This document shows positions 43,973 to 52,847 of a stretch of 64,000 nucleotides of DNA, in pieces. Origin of the DNA: an uncultured Clostridia bacterium (GTDB lineage Bacteria; Bacillota; Clostridia; Oscillospirales; Acutalibacteraceae); assembly GCA_937898625.1 (NCBI GenBank), contig CALEJF010000040.1, forward strand, positions 11,278 through 75,277, in the 5' to 3' direction. Every line of letters begins with the position of its first letter. The first letter of the stretch is position 1. A model generated the notes under the pieces. The model was not told the DNA's origin. It saw only the letters and a list, made by a program, of their open reading frames with translations, and made no database searches. Both the position numbers and the translations under genes were made by a program.

Positions 43973-44890
43973 TCAGGTGCTTTTAAGTCTTTTTATAAAA
44001 TCCTTGAAATAATCTGGCAAATCCGATGTAAATTCCAGGTATTCGTTTGTAATCGGATGAACAAAACCTATTTTTATTGCATGTAAACACTGTCCATTAA
44101 GAAAAGCGCTTTTTTTATCGTTACCATAGACCATATCCCCTGCCACAGGATGACCTAAATGTGCCATATGAACGCGAATCTGGTGCGTTCTGCCTGTTTC
44201 AAGTTTAAGAGAAATGTGGGAATAGCCGTCAAAATCCTCAATAACCGAATAATGAGTAACTGCATTTTTTGAATTCTGCATTGTTACGCACATTTTCTTT
44301 CTGTCCTTGGGGTTTCTGCCGATTGGTGCATTGACTGTACCCTCGTTTTCCTTTAAATGACCGACAATAACTGCATTGTACTCACGGGTAAAACTGTGTT
44401 CCTTAATTTGCTGGGCAAGTCCGATATGTGCTTTATCATTCTTTGCAACAATAAGCAAACCACTTGTATCCTTATCAATTCTATGAACAATACCGGGACG
44501 CAAGATTCCGTTTATACCCGAAAGCGAGTCCTTACAGTGATAAAGCAAAGCATTGACAAGAGTGCCACTATAATTTCCCGGTGCAGGATGAACCACCATT
44601 CCCCTTGGCTTATTAACAACAAGCAAATCGTCGTCCTCGAAAACTATATCAAGCGGAATATTTTCAGGCTCTGCATCCAATGGTTTTAGTTCACCCGGAA
44701 GCACGGTGATTTCGTCGTCAGTTTTTACTTTATACTTTTTATTGACTTCATTTCCATTTGCAAGAACTTTGCCGTCTTCGATAAGCTTTTGTATGGAATT
44801 TCGCGAGGAATCCTTTAAAAGAGTGGATAAAAATTTATCAATTCTCTCACCCTCATACTCTTGAGGAACATCAATTAAAATCTCATTCAT
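43973..44890 (-). CDS. rluD: RluA-family 23S rRNA pseudouridine synthase (RluD-like) with S4 domain
   Basis: HRIDKDTSGLLIVAK and GRTHQIRVH motifs. Confidence 0.9.
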   Translation of the reverse strand: MNEILIDVPQEYEGERIDKFLSTLLKDSSRNSIQKLIEDGKVLANGNEVNKKYKVKTDDEITVLPGELKPLDAEPENIPLDIVFEDDDLLVVNKPRGMVVHPAPGNYSGTLVNALLYHCKDSLSGINGILRPGIVHRIDKDTSGLLIVAKNDKAHIGLAQQIKEHSFTREYNAVIVGHLKENEGTVNAPIGRNPKDRKKMCVTMQNSKNAVTHYSVIEDFDGYSHISLKLETGRTHQIRVHMAHLGHPVAGDMVYGNDKKSAFLNGQCLHAIKIGFVHPITNEYLEFTSDLPDYFKDFIKRLKST

Positions 44891-45369
44891 TATTTTTGTT
44901 CCTTTTCTGCTTTTCCATCACGATATATTTCATAAATCAACCAGATAACAAGAACAACCGAACTGCAGGTTACCAGAATATCTGCAAAATTGAATATTGC
45001 AAAATCTATAAACAATGGTTCGATGTAATCCACAACAAAACCGCGGAATACTCTATCAATTAAATTACCTAATCCACCTGCAATAATCAGTGCAATACAA
45101 ACATATTCAACATCGATTTTACGCTTCTTAAAAAACAAGTAACAAAACGCAATTATAATCACTACTGCTGTGAAAACTGACAATAATTCAGTATGTGCAC
45201 TAAATGAACCAAAAGCAGCCCCTGTATTTTCGGCATATTTCAAACGAATAAAACCGTCAATTAATGGAAGGCTGCCAATAGGCTTGAGATGTTCTGTTAC
45301 AAGTAATTTTATAATCTGGTCCACTGCAACTAATACAGCAACGGAAATTAATGTAATTACCTGAAGCAT
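44890..45369 (-). CDS. lspA: Lipoprotein signal peptidase II
   Basis: 159 aa, 4 TM, with NTGAAFG and FNFADI motifs. Confidence 0.9.
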   Translation of the reverse strand: MLQVITLISVAVLVAVDQIIKLLVTEHLKPIGSLPLIDGFIRLKYAENTGAAFGSFSAHTELLSVFTAVVIIIAFCYLFFKKRKIDVEYVCIALIIAGGLGNLIDRVFRGFVVDYIEPLFIDFAIFNFADILVTCSSVVLVIWLIYEIYRDGKAEKEQK

Positions 45370-45387
45370 TAAAATACCTCGTCTATA

Positions 45388-46455
45388 TTATTTCTTTTTA
45401 AAAAATCCTTTAAAGGACATATGCTGTGAACCATCGTCATCATCTGACTCGTCAAGCTCACCGATTTTTTCAAACATTGAGTTTGACGGTGCAGGAACAT
45501 AATCATCATCGTCAGCAAAATCAATTTTACTTAAATCAAGCTTAAATGACTTCTTTTCAGCAACAGGAGCTTCTTCTGCATTCTCAAAGTTTTTGAAAAC
45601 TTCATCGCTGATTGGCTCATATTCCTCGTCAGCAACTGGTTCTTCTTCAACAGTTTCTTCAGCTACCTGAAAATCTTCTGTTTCTTCGTCAACAATAACA
45701 AATGAATCTGTATCCTCTGTAAAAGCAATATCATCTTCTGCTGCTTCTTCAACAGTTTCTGTTGTTTCTTCAGCAACCTCTTCCTCTGCCTCAACAACAA
45801 CTTCTTCATAAACAGGCTCAACAGTTTCTTGTACCTCTTCAGCAGCAGCCTCTTCAGCATCAAGTTGCTCGTCAACTATTTCGGGAAGGTCGTTAATGAG
45901 AGTAATATGCTCTCTGTACATAGCAATAAGCTTTGACTTAAATTCAGATGCTTCTTTCTGAATCATTTCGTAAACAAGACTTTCATGAGTAACCTTACGA
46001 TTGATATTACCAAGAATATCGCTTGCTTCACGATTTGCATCTGCGAGAATTCTTTCTGCTTCTTCCTTAGCCTTTGCAATCATTGCTTCAGACTCATTCT
46101 TTGCATTTGTTTCAAGAGCCTGTGCATCTGCAGCAGCATCAGCACGAAGCTTATCAGTTTCACCTTTAACAGATGCTACTTCATTCTCAGCAGTTTCCTT
46201 TGCCTCTGCAACGATTTTATCAGCAAGTTTCTGTGCATTGAGAAGTGCCATTTTAAGGCTTTCTTCATCTGCTCTGTATTCTTCTACTTTCTTTGCTAAA
46301 ATGCTGATTTTTCTGACTAAATCGCCATTTTCCTTGAACATTTGCTCATAGGATGCAACGACCTCGCTCATAAACATATCAACATCTTCAGAACGATATG
46401 AACCTCGTCCGGTAGTCTGAAAAACTTTTTCTTTAATTCTTTCAGGTGTAAGCAT
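45388..46455 (-). CDS. divIVA: DivIVA domain protein with long acidic C-terminal extension
   Basis: MLTPERIKEKVFQTTGRGSYRSEDVDMFM is the DivIVA N-terminus. It is followed by a coiled coil and an E/A/V-rich low-complexity tail. Confidence 0.85.
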   Translation of the reverse strand: MLTPERIKEKVFQTTGRGSYRSEDVDMFMSEVVASYEQMFKENGDLVRKISILAKKVEEYRADEESLKMALLNAQKLADKIVAEAKETAENEVASVKGETDKLRADAAADAQALETNAKNESEAMIAKAKEEAERILADANREASDILGNINRKVTHESLVYEMIQKEASEFKSKLIAMYREHITLINDLPEIVDEQLDAEEAAAEEVQETVEPVYEEVVVEAEEEVAEETTETVEEAAEDDIAFTEDTDSFVIVDEETEDFQVAEETVEEEPVADEEYEPISDEVFKNFENAEEAPVAEKKSFKLDLSKIDFADDDDYVPAPSNSMFEKIGELDESDDDDGSQHMSFKGFFKKK

Positions 46456-46513
46456 TTATATCCTTCCCATTCTGCCCAAAGGCCATTCTATTTTTTATAA
46501 AATATGAAAATTA

Positions 46514-46984
46514 TTAAAAGAACATTCCGTTGTTCTCAAGTTCATCCAACAAATCTCCCATAACATCAACATTATATGGAGTTATGATAAATGTGCTGTT
46601 TGCAACACGCTTAATCTGTCCGTTGTTAGCATAAGCAACACCAGTAAGGAAGTCGATAAGACGACGAGCAACCTCTTTACTTACAGACTCAAGGTTTAAA
46701 ACAACAGTTCTTTTCTCGTTAAGGTTATCTGCGATACCGCGAACCTCTTCAAACTTTTCAGGTTTTGAAAGAACAACCTGAAGTTGTGCTGTTGTATGGA
46801 TATTAACAACTTTACTGTCATCACCATTACGAACTGCGCGACGCTGTGGCTTAACAACTTTTTCCTCCGGCTCATCAAAGCTACTATCTGAACTTATAAA
46901 AGCACCTGTATCAATATCGTCATCAGGATAATAACCATCCTCATCTACATTAACAATGTTTTTAATTTTGTCTAAGAAACTCAT
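46514..46984 (-). CDS. sepF: Cell division protein SepF
   Basis: DUF552 core (VVLSKPEKFEEVRGIADNLNEKRTVVLNLE). It sits between yggS and divIVA, as in other Firmicutes. Confidence 0.88.
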   Translation of the reverse strand: MSFLDKIKNIVNVDEDGYYPDDDIDTGAFISSDSSFDEPEEKVVKPQRRAVRNGDDSKVVNIHTTAQLQVVLSKPEKFEEVRGIADNLNEKRTVVLNLESVSKEVARRLIDFLTGVAYANNGQIKRVANSTFIITPYNVDVMGDLLDELENNGMFF

Positions 46985-46999
46985 AGTATAATCCTCCCA

Positions 47000-47725
47000 T
47001 TAATATATTCTTGGCCCAAAAATTGAAGAACCTATTCTTACAAGATTTGAACCATTTAAAATTGCTTGTTCATAATCTCCCGACATACCCATCGACAGAA
47101 TATTCATATTTATATTATCTAACTTTTTTGCACTTATGTCAACATAGATATTGTATATATTTTCAAAAAATTTACAAAGAATTGTGTTTTCCTCGCAAAT
47201 TGGAGGTATTGTCATAAGCCCTTTTACGCGTATACCGTCAATTTCTGAAACAGCATACAGATTTTCAGTAAATTCCGAAATTGAAAAACCCGTTTTACTT
47301 TCTTCTTCTCCAATGTTGATTTCAAGTAAAACATCGGTTGTTATTCCCTTTTTAATTGACTGTTTGCCAATTTCCTTTGCAATTTTCAATGAGTCAACTG
47401 ACTGAATCATATCAACCTCACCCACAATTTGTCCTGCCTTGTTGGTTTGAAGATGACCGATAAGATGCTTTTCAACTCCGTCAAGGTGCAAATCCGGTTT
47501 TTTACGAAGCATTTCCTGAACACGGTTTTCGCCTATAAGTTTTACGCCATAATCAAGAGCATAATTTATAAAAATAGGGTCAACAGTTTTTGTTACTGCC
47601 ATTAAACGGACATCACCAGGATTTCTTCCACTTTTTATTGCACATTCAGCAATTCTCTCATTTATAACATCAAGGTTATACTCAATATCTGATTTTCGTT
47701 TTTCAAGATATGACTTTTCCATCAT
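47000..47725 (-). CDS. YggS-family pyridoxal-phosphate homeostasis protein
   Basis: LMAVTKT (PLP lysine), HLIGHLQTNK and SMGMSGDY motifs. Confidence 0.88.
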   Translation of the reverse strand: MMEKSYLEKRKSDIEYNLDVINERIAECAIKSGRNPGDVRLMAVTKTVDPIFINYALDYGVKLIGENRVQEMLRKKPDLHLDGVEKHLIGHLQTNKAGQIVGEVDMIQSVDSLKIAKEIGKQSIKKGITTDVLLEINIGEEESKTGFSISEFTENLYAVSEIDGIRVKGLMTIPPICEENTILCKFFENIYNIYVDISAKKLDNINMNILSMGMSGDYEQAILNGSNLVRIGSSIFGPRIY

Positions 47726-48932
47726 ACAAATCAACCCCCTCAGTTATTATTGTGTCATATTGTTTTACATAAGAAGAATCATTCACAATTTCAATTACAG
47801 AAAAATCTTCAGTTGAATAAACAATACTTATATTCTTAAATTGAATAATATTACCACTCTTAACATAAACACCCTTTTGTCCGTCAACTTCACGAATTGC
47901 GGTGTTCTGAATTCTTATGCCTGTGTAATCCTCTGTTATGAGTTCAACATTATGAATTCTCAAATTTGCAACATCGCGATTCATTGTGTTACATTTCAAC
48001 ACAACGGCAACCTGGTCACCTTCCCTATCACCTTTTTCGACAACTGTACACTTAAGAGTGCCTACTGTAGTGTTAGGGACATTCACCTTTATTGTTGCTC
48101 CCACATTGATTTTTCCCGAATCATTATAAGGGATATTACAAAGAATGAACCAATCGAAATTATCAACAAGTTTTCCCATAACCTCTGAAGGAGATGAGCC
48201 CGGTTGTGACGAAATCAGTGAAGATATTTTTTCACAATTCACATTTTTTACATCAGCATAACTGATTGAATTTTCATAACCGTCAACTGAGCCAATATAA
48301 TACCCTGAACTTGGGGAAGTTACTGTAGAATAATTAACAGTTTTTTGATTTAAAGAAACAAGTTCTGCTTCCAGCTCTGCCAATTTTGCCTCTGCAGAAA
48401 CCTTTTCGCCTACAGCAAGTTGACGGGTTGTAATTGCATCTCTTAAATCAATTAACGCATCGTCAAAATCGCTTCCGATTTTCTCACGAGTTGCAGAAAT
48501 AAATGAAATACAAGCATCATCAATAAGTTTGTTATATGAAGAAGGCGCATTTACACCAAGTCCAACACGATTATCAAGTTGCTTATAGTAATCTATTTCT
48601 TTTTCCAATTCTTTAATTCGAACATATGTAGCAGCACTGTTTTCGTCCTGAAAAACAATTGCAACTCCATCTCCGCTACTTACTCTCTTGCCGTCCTCTG
48701 CAATAGAAACAACAGTACCGCCACCGTTTGAGGCACTGATATATGTTTCGTCACGGACAATAAATGCTTTTGTTGAAATTGTGCTTTGAATCTGTCTTTC
48801 AAGTGCAATTTCAGTCTTATATGGGTTTGTATTCATTTGGACAATCTGATAAACAAAATATGCAATTATAAGTACACCAACAATTGAAAAGAAAAGTTGC
48901 TTGGTCTGATTTTTGTTAAGATTAGTTTTCAT
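47703..48932 (-). CDS. HlyD-like membrane-anchored protein (N-terminal TM, coiled coil, beta-barrel-like C-terminus)
   Basis: TM segment LFFSIVGVLIIAYFVY, then a barrel-sandwich-like region and a coiled coil (AEAKLAELEAELVSL). Confidence 0.6.
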   Translation of the reverse strand: MKTNLNKNQTKQLFFSIVGVLIIAYFVYQIVQMNTNPYKTEIALERQIQSTISTKAFIVRDETYISASNGGGTVVSIAEDGKRVSSGDGVAIVFQDENSAATYVRIKELEKEIDYYKQLDNRVGLGVNAPSSYNKLIDDACISFISATREKIGSDFDDALIDLRDAITTRQLAVGEKVSAEAKLAELEAELVSLNQKTVNYSTVTSPSSGYYIGSVDGYENSISYADVKNVNCEKISSLISSQPGSSPSEVMGKLVDNFDWFILCNIPYNDSGKINVGATIKVNVPNTTVGTLKCTVVEKGDREGDQVAVVLKCNTMNRDVANLRIHNVELITEDYTGIRIQNTAIREVDGQKGVYVKSGNIIQFKNISIVYSTEDFSVIEIVNDSSYVKQYDTIITEGVDLYDGKVIS

Positions 48933-49882
48933 TATTTGTGTACCTCCTTCAAAAATTCACTTATCATTGCAAACACAAATGCGTACATATCCTCTGTGTT
49001 TTCATAATCATCAGGATATATCCAATTTATGTTTTCATTTTTTCTAAACCATGTAAGTTGACGCTTCGCATAGTGTCTGGTTTCCTGCTTTAGTTTTTCA
49101 ACACATTCTTCTAATGTGCTTTCACCTTTGAAATATGGTGCTAATTCTTTATACCCTATTGCCTGACAAGCAGTTGTGTCAGAAGATGTGTCATAGAAGT
49201 CCTTTGCTTCTTCTAAAAGCCCGTTCTCAAGCATTAAATCCACACGAAGATTAATTCTGTCATAAAGGACATTTCTGTCACGGTAGTTTATACCGATATA
49301 AAGAACATCAAAAGGAGTTTCCTCTTCACGAGAAATTATTTTTTGCTCCGTCATTGTTTTACCTGTTGCCTTGTAGATTTCAAGTGCACGGATAATTCTG
49401 CTTTTATCGTTAAGGTGAAGTTTTTCGGCTGTTTGTGGGTCGATTTCTCGCAAAGCTTCGAGCATAAACTCTGCGCCTTTTTCTTCAAACATTTCTGTTA
49501 TTTCTTCACGAATTTCAGTATTGCTTTCTTCTTTTGAAAACTGAATGTTTTGAAGAAGTGAGTCAATATAAAGACCTGTACCACCTGCAACAACAGGTAA
49601 ATCACCTTGATTATGAATTCTTTCAATACACTCTTTCGCAAGTGTTACATACTCTGCGACGCTAAACTTTTTATCTATTGGCTGAAAACCGATTAAATGA
49701 TGCGGTATTCCCTGCATTTCATCGTCAGTGGGTTTTGCCGTTGCAATATTCATTTTTTCATAAATCTGCATTGAGTCGGCTGACACAACTTGTCCCGAAA
49801 AATGCTTTGCAATATTAATTGATAAAGAGGTTTTTCCGGATGCTGTTGGTCCAACAACTGCGATTACGGGAATTTTTTTCAT
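48932..49882 (-). CDS. miaA: tRNA dimethylallyltransferase
   Basis: VVGPTASGKTSLS P-loop, SADSMQIY and AKRQLTWFR motifs. The ATG lies 1 nt after the mutL stop. Confidence 0.92.
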   Translation of the reverse strand: MKKIPVIAVVGPTASGKTSLSINIAKHFSGQVVSADSMQIYEKMNIATAKPTDDEMQGIPHHLIGFQPIDKKFSVAEYVTLAKECIERIHNQGDLPVVAGGTGLYIDSLLQNIQFSKEESNTEIREEITEMFEEKGAEFMLEALREIDPQTAEKLHLNDKSRIIRALEIYKATGKTMTEQKIISREEETPFDVLYIGINYRDRNVLYDRINLRVDLMLENGLLEEAKDFYDTSSDTTACQAIGYKELAPYFKGESTLEECVEKLKQETRHYAKRQLTWFRKNENINWIYPDDYENTEDMYAFVFAMISEFLKEVHK

Positions 49883-49883
49883 A

Positions 49884-51728
49884 CTATACTCTACCAAACT
49901 GTTTTTCTAATTCGTATTTTGAAAGTTCAATCATTACAGGTCTGCCGTGAGGACAGAAACGGACTTGCACGTCATTTACAACTTGTTTTGCAAGTGCTAA
50001 AAGCTCAATTTCTGAACTTTCATCCCCTGCTTTTATGGCACTTCTGCAAGCAACATTGTGATATATCCAATCAAGGTGTTCGTTGGTAATATCACGACGA
50101 TTTTTAATAAGATACTGTGCGATTTCGTCTATAAGTGGTGCTATTTCCTGGTTATCAAGGTCAATAGGACAACTACGTACAATTACTGTACCATTTCCAA
50201 AATCTTCTATATCAAACCCTGCTTTTACTATTGTTTCAATGTTTTCTGTTACGGCAATATATTCTTCTTTGCCGAGTGTTACTGTAACAGGCATTAACAA
50301 CATCTGACTACCGCTATTCTGACCTTCTGCTTTAAGTTTATTAAAGAGAATTCTCTCATGGGCAGCGTGTTTGTCAATAACACAGAGTTTTCCGTTTAAT
50401 TCAATAAATATGTAGGTTTTATATGCTTCGCCAATAAGACGGATTTCGTTTTCAGATTTGATTTCTTCTGCTTTTGGTGTTTGAATCGGCTCTTCTACTA
50501 CCTTTTGTGCAGGTTTTGACACAGGGAATTCAATGTTGAATGGGTCGTCATCAACATCTGCAACATATTCCGTTTTAACATCATTTACGAAAAGCGGAGT
50601 TGAAGAAAGCGGTTTTAAAACCTTTTCTGTAAAGGCTATGTTTTCTTGTACTGTTGTCTGTTTGAATTCTTGTTGTGGTTTTGCAAAAATATCGTTAAAA
50701 ACTGTTTTCTTGTCGGGTAATACTGCTTGTTTTACTGCTGTGTTTTCATTTAATGCAGATTTAACTGCGTGATAAACTGCGTCAAAAATTGCTCTTTCGT
50801 CGGAGAAACGAACTTCGATTTTTGACGGGTGCACATTCACATCAACGAGTGTTGGAGGTAATGTGATAAAGAGTACACCACCCGGGAATTTGCCAACCAT
50901 AACACTATTTTTATAGGCATTTTCAAAAGCTGCCATAATTGTTGTGTTTTTAACACTTCGTCCATTTACGAAGAAATACTGCATACCGCGTGAACCACGA
51001 CAATGAAATGGTGGTGTTACAAGACCTGAAACTGACACAGTACCAACGGATGCATCAACATTCAAAAGACCGTTTGAGAAGTCCTTACCGAATGCAGAAA
51101 AACAAACATTTTGAAGATTTCCGTCACCATTAGTTGTGAATACCTGTTTGCCGTCACGGATAAAACGGATGCTGATTTCAGGGTGTGAAAGTGCAAGTTT
51201 TTCAACTGCAGATGCAACATTGTTGCCCTCGCTGACATCTTTTTTGAGGAATTTCATTCGTGCAGGAGTGTTATAGAAAAGCTCACGGACAATCATAGTT
51301 GTGCCCACTGCACAACCTGCATCGGAGAAATCGGTTATAATTCCACCCTCGATAGTGAGTGATGTACCCATTTCCTCGCTTGCAGTTTTGGTAATCATAT
51401 TAACCTTTGAAACTGCGGCGATTGATGGTAAGGCTTCACCACGGAAACCGAGAGTTAAGATTGTGTTCAAATCCTCGGCAGTTTTAATTTTGCTTGTTGC
51501 GTGACTTACAAATGCAGTTTTAACATCTTCACGGTCGATACCGCAACCGTCATCGGTTACACGGATATATGAAATGCCCCCGTGCTGAATTTCAACTGTT
51601 ATGGAGGTAGCACCGGCATCAACGGCATTTTCCATAAGCTCTTTCACAACGGATGCAGGGCGTTCAACCACCTCACCCGCTGCGATTAAATCAGCCATGT
51701 GTTTTGGGAGTTTATTTATTTTTGCCAT
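49884..51728 (-). CDS. mutL: DNA mismatch repair protein MutL
   Basis: LIAAGEVVERPASVVKELMENAVDAG GHKL N-terminus, and a C-terminal endonuclease-type region (DKHAAHERI, CPHGRP). Confidence 0.95.
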   Translation of the reverse strand: MAKINKLPKHMADLIAAGEVVERPASVVKELMENAVDAGATSITVEIQHGGISYIRVTDDGCGIDREDVKTAFVSHATSKIKTAEDLNTILTLGFRGEALPSIAAVSKVNMITKTASEEMGTSLTIEGGIITDFSDAGCAVGTTMIVRELFYNTPARMKFLKKDVSEGNNVASAVEKLALSHPEISIRFIRDGKQVFTTNGDGNLQNVCFSAFGKDFSNGLLNVDASVGTVSVSGLVTPPFHCRGSRGMQYFFVNGRSVKNTTIMAAFENAYKNSVMVGKFPGGVLFITLPPTLVDVNVHPSKIEVRFSDERAIFDAVYHAVKSALNENTAVKQAVLPDKKTVFNDIFAKPQQEFKQTTVQENIAFTEKVLKPLSSTPLFVNDVKTEYVADVDDDPFNIEFPVSKPAQKVVEEPIQTPKAEEIKSENEIRLIGEAYKTYIFIELNGKLCVIDKHAAHERILFNKLKAEGQNSGSQMLLMPVTVTLGKEEYIAVTENIETIVKAGFDIEDFGNGTVIVRSCPIDLDNQEIAPLIDEIAQYLIKNRRDITNEHLDWIYHNVACRSAIKAGDESSEIELLALAKQVVNDVQVRFCPHGRPVMIELSKYELEKQFGRV

Positions 51729-51786
51729 TGGTCAGCACCACCTTTTAAGGTATTTTATAGGGGCGATTCAAGAATCGACCGTGGAA

Positions 51787-52686
51787 TCATATACCGTCAT
51801 AATCGGTAAAGGTATCCATATCAATTTCCTTAATTTCAAATACTTTTTTTACAGTTACACCAAAATTATGTTCAATCATTAAATTACACAATCTTTTTCC
51901 ATCAACAAGAATTATATGGTGTTGCTCCGCATATTCAATCGCAGTCTTTGCATATTTTGCAGTAGTAACAAAAAGTCCGTTACCACCTTTGCCTGAAATT
52001 GCACCAACAAAATTTTGAATTTCTGGACGACCAACAGTTCTATCCTTGTCCCAATGTTTTGCTTGAATATAAATTAAGTTAAAACCTAGTTTATCTTCCA
52101 TGATAATTCCGTCTATGCCTTCATCAGCTGAAATAGGTGTTGTTCTTCCTGCATTTTCAAATGCACCATAACCCATTTTTTGTAACAAATCAATAATCAT
52201 TTTCTCAAAGGCAATCGGTGATAATTTCATTACCTCAGTTAAAATTTCATCTGCTAAATTCGCTTTTATTTGTTCAAAAGACTCTTCAAAAGCAAAATCT
52301 GGTGTTTCAAAGTTATCTGTTTTTTGTGTAGGTTCTTTTGCTTTACTACCCTGAAATTCTCTAAACGACTCATACTGGGTTAAATACTCTACATCTATAA
52401 TTTTTGGATTTTCTGCTAAAACATCTTTGCCTTCATTTGTAATTACAACTACACCTCTGGATGGTTTTGAAACAAGTCCTGCCTTTGCTAAATATGTACC
52501 TGCCCATTGCACACGATTGGTAAAAACAGTTTGTGTTCCGCTTGGAAGCATTTGAGATAAATCATCGTCTGTAAGGTTAAACTCCTTAGACAACATGCCA
52601 CGTATTTCTTTTAATGTATAACTCTTTCCATCTTTAATTGCTGTTAAAAATGGTTTCATAAATTCATAAAACTTTGGCACTGACAT
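51787..52686 (-). CDS. mrr: Mrr-family (type IV-like) restriction endonuclease
   Basis: Mrr_N winged-helix N-terminus (FYEFMKPFL...). PD-(D/E)xK core DGIIMEDKLGFNLIYIQAKHW. Confidence 0.82.
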   Translation of the reverse strand: MSVPKFYEFMKPFLTAIKDGKSYTLKEIRGMLSKEFNLTDDDLSQMLPSGTQTVFTNRVQWAGTYLAKAGLVSKPSRGVVVITNEGKDVLAENPKIIDVEYLTQYESFREFQGSKAKEPTQKTDNFETPDFAFEESFEQIKANLADEILTEVMKLSPIAFEKMIIDLLQKMGYGAFENAGRTTPISADEGIDGIIMEDKLGFNLIYIQAKHWDKDRTVGRPEIQNFVGAISGKGGNGLFVTTAKYAKTAIEYAEQHHIILVDGKRLCNLMIEHNFGVTVKKVFEIKEIDMDTFTDYDGI

Positions 52687-52702
52687 ATAATCACCTTTTC
52701 TC

Positions 52703-52847
52703 GGGACGATGTGGTCACCGTACCCTACATTTTTGTTGATTTAATACTTGTTCAAGACGCCGAGTCGTCGTCTCCTACATTTTTTGCGGTAGCTAACATC
52801 CGCCCTACCCCTACAATTTCGCATTCCGAATTACGAATTACGAATTA
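52703..52847. repeat. Three tandem hairpin+CCTAC(A)TTTTT modules followed by (CGAATTA)x3
   Basis: GGGACGATGTGGTCACCGTACCCTACATTTTT (52703-52734); AGACGCCGAGTCGTCGTCTCCTACATTTTTT (52755-52785); GCGGTAGCTAACATCCGCCCTACCCCTACAATTT (52786-52819); and CGAATTA x3 (52827-52847), the last copy overlapping the mutS stop. Confidence 0.75.
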
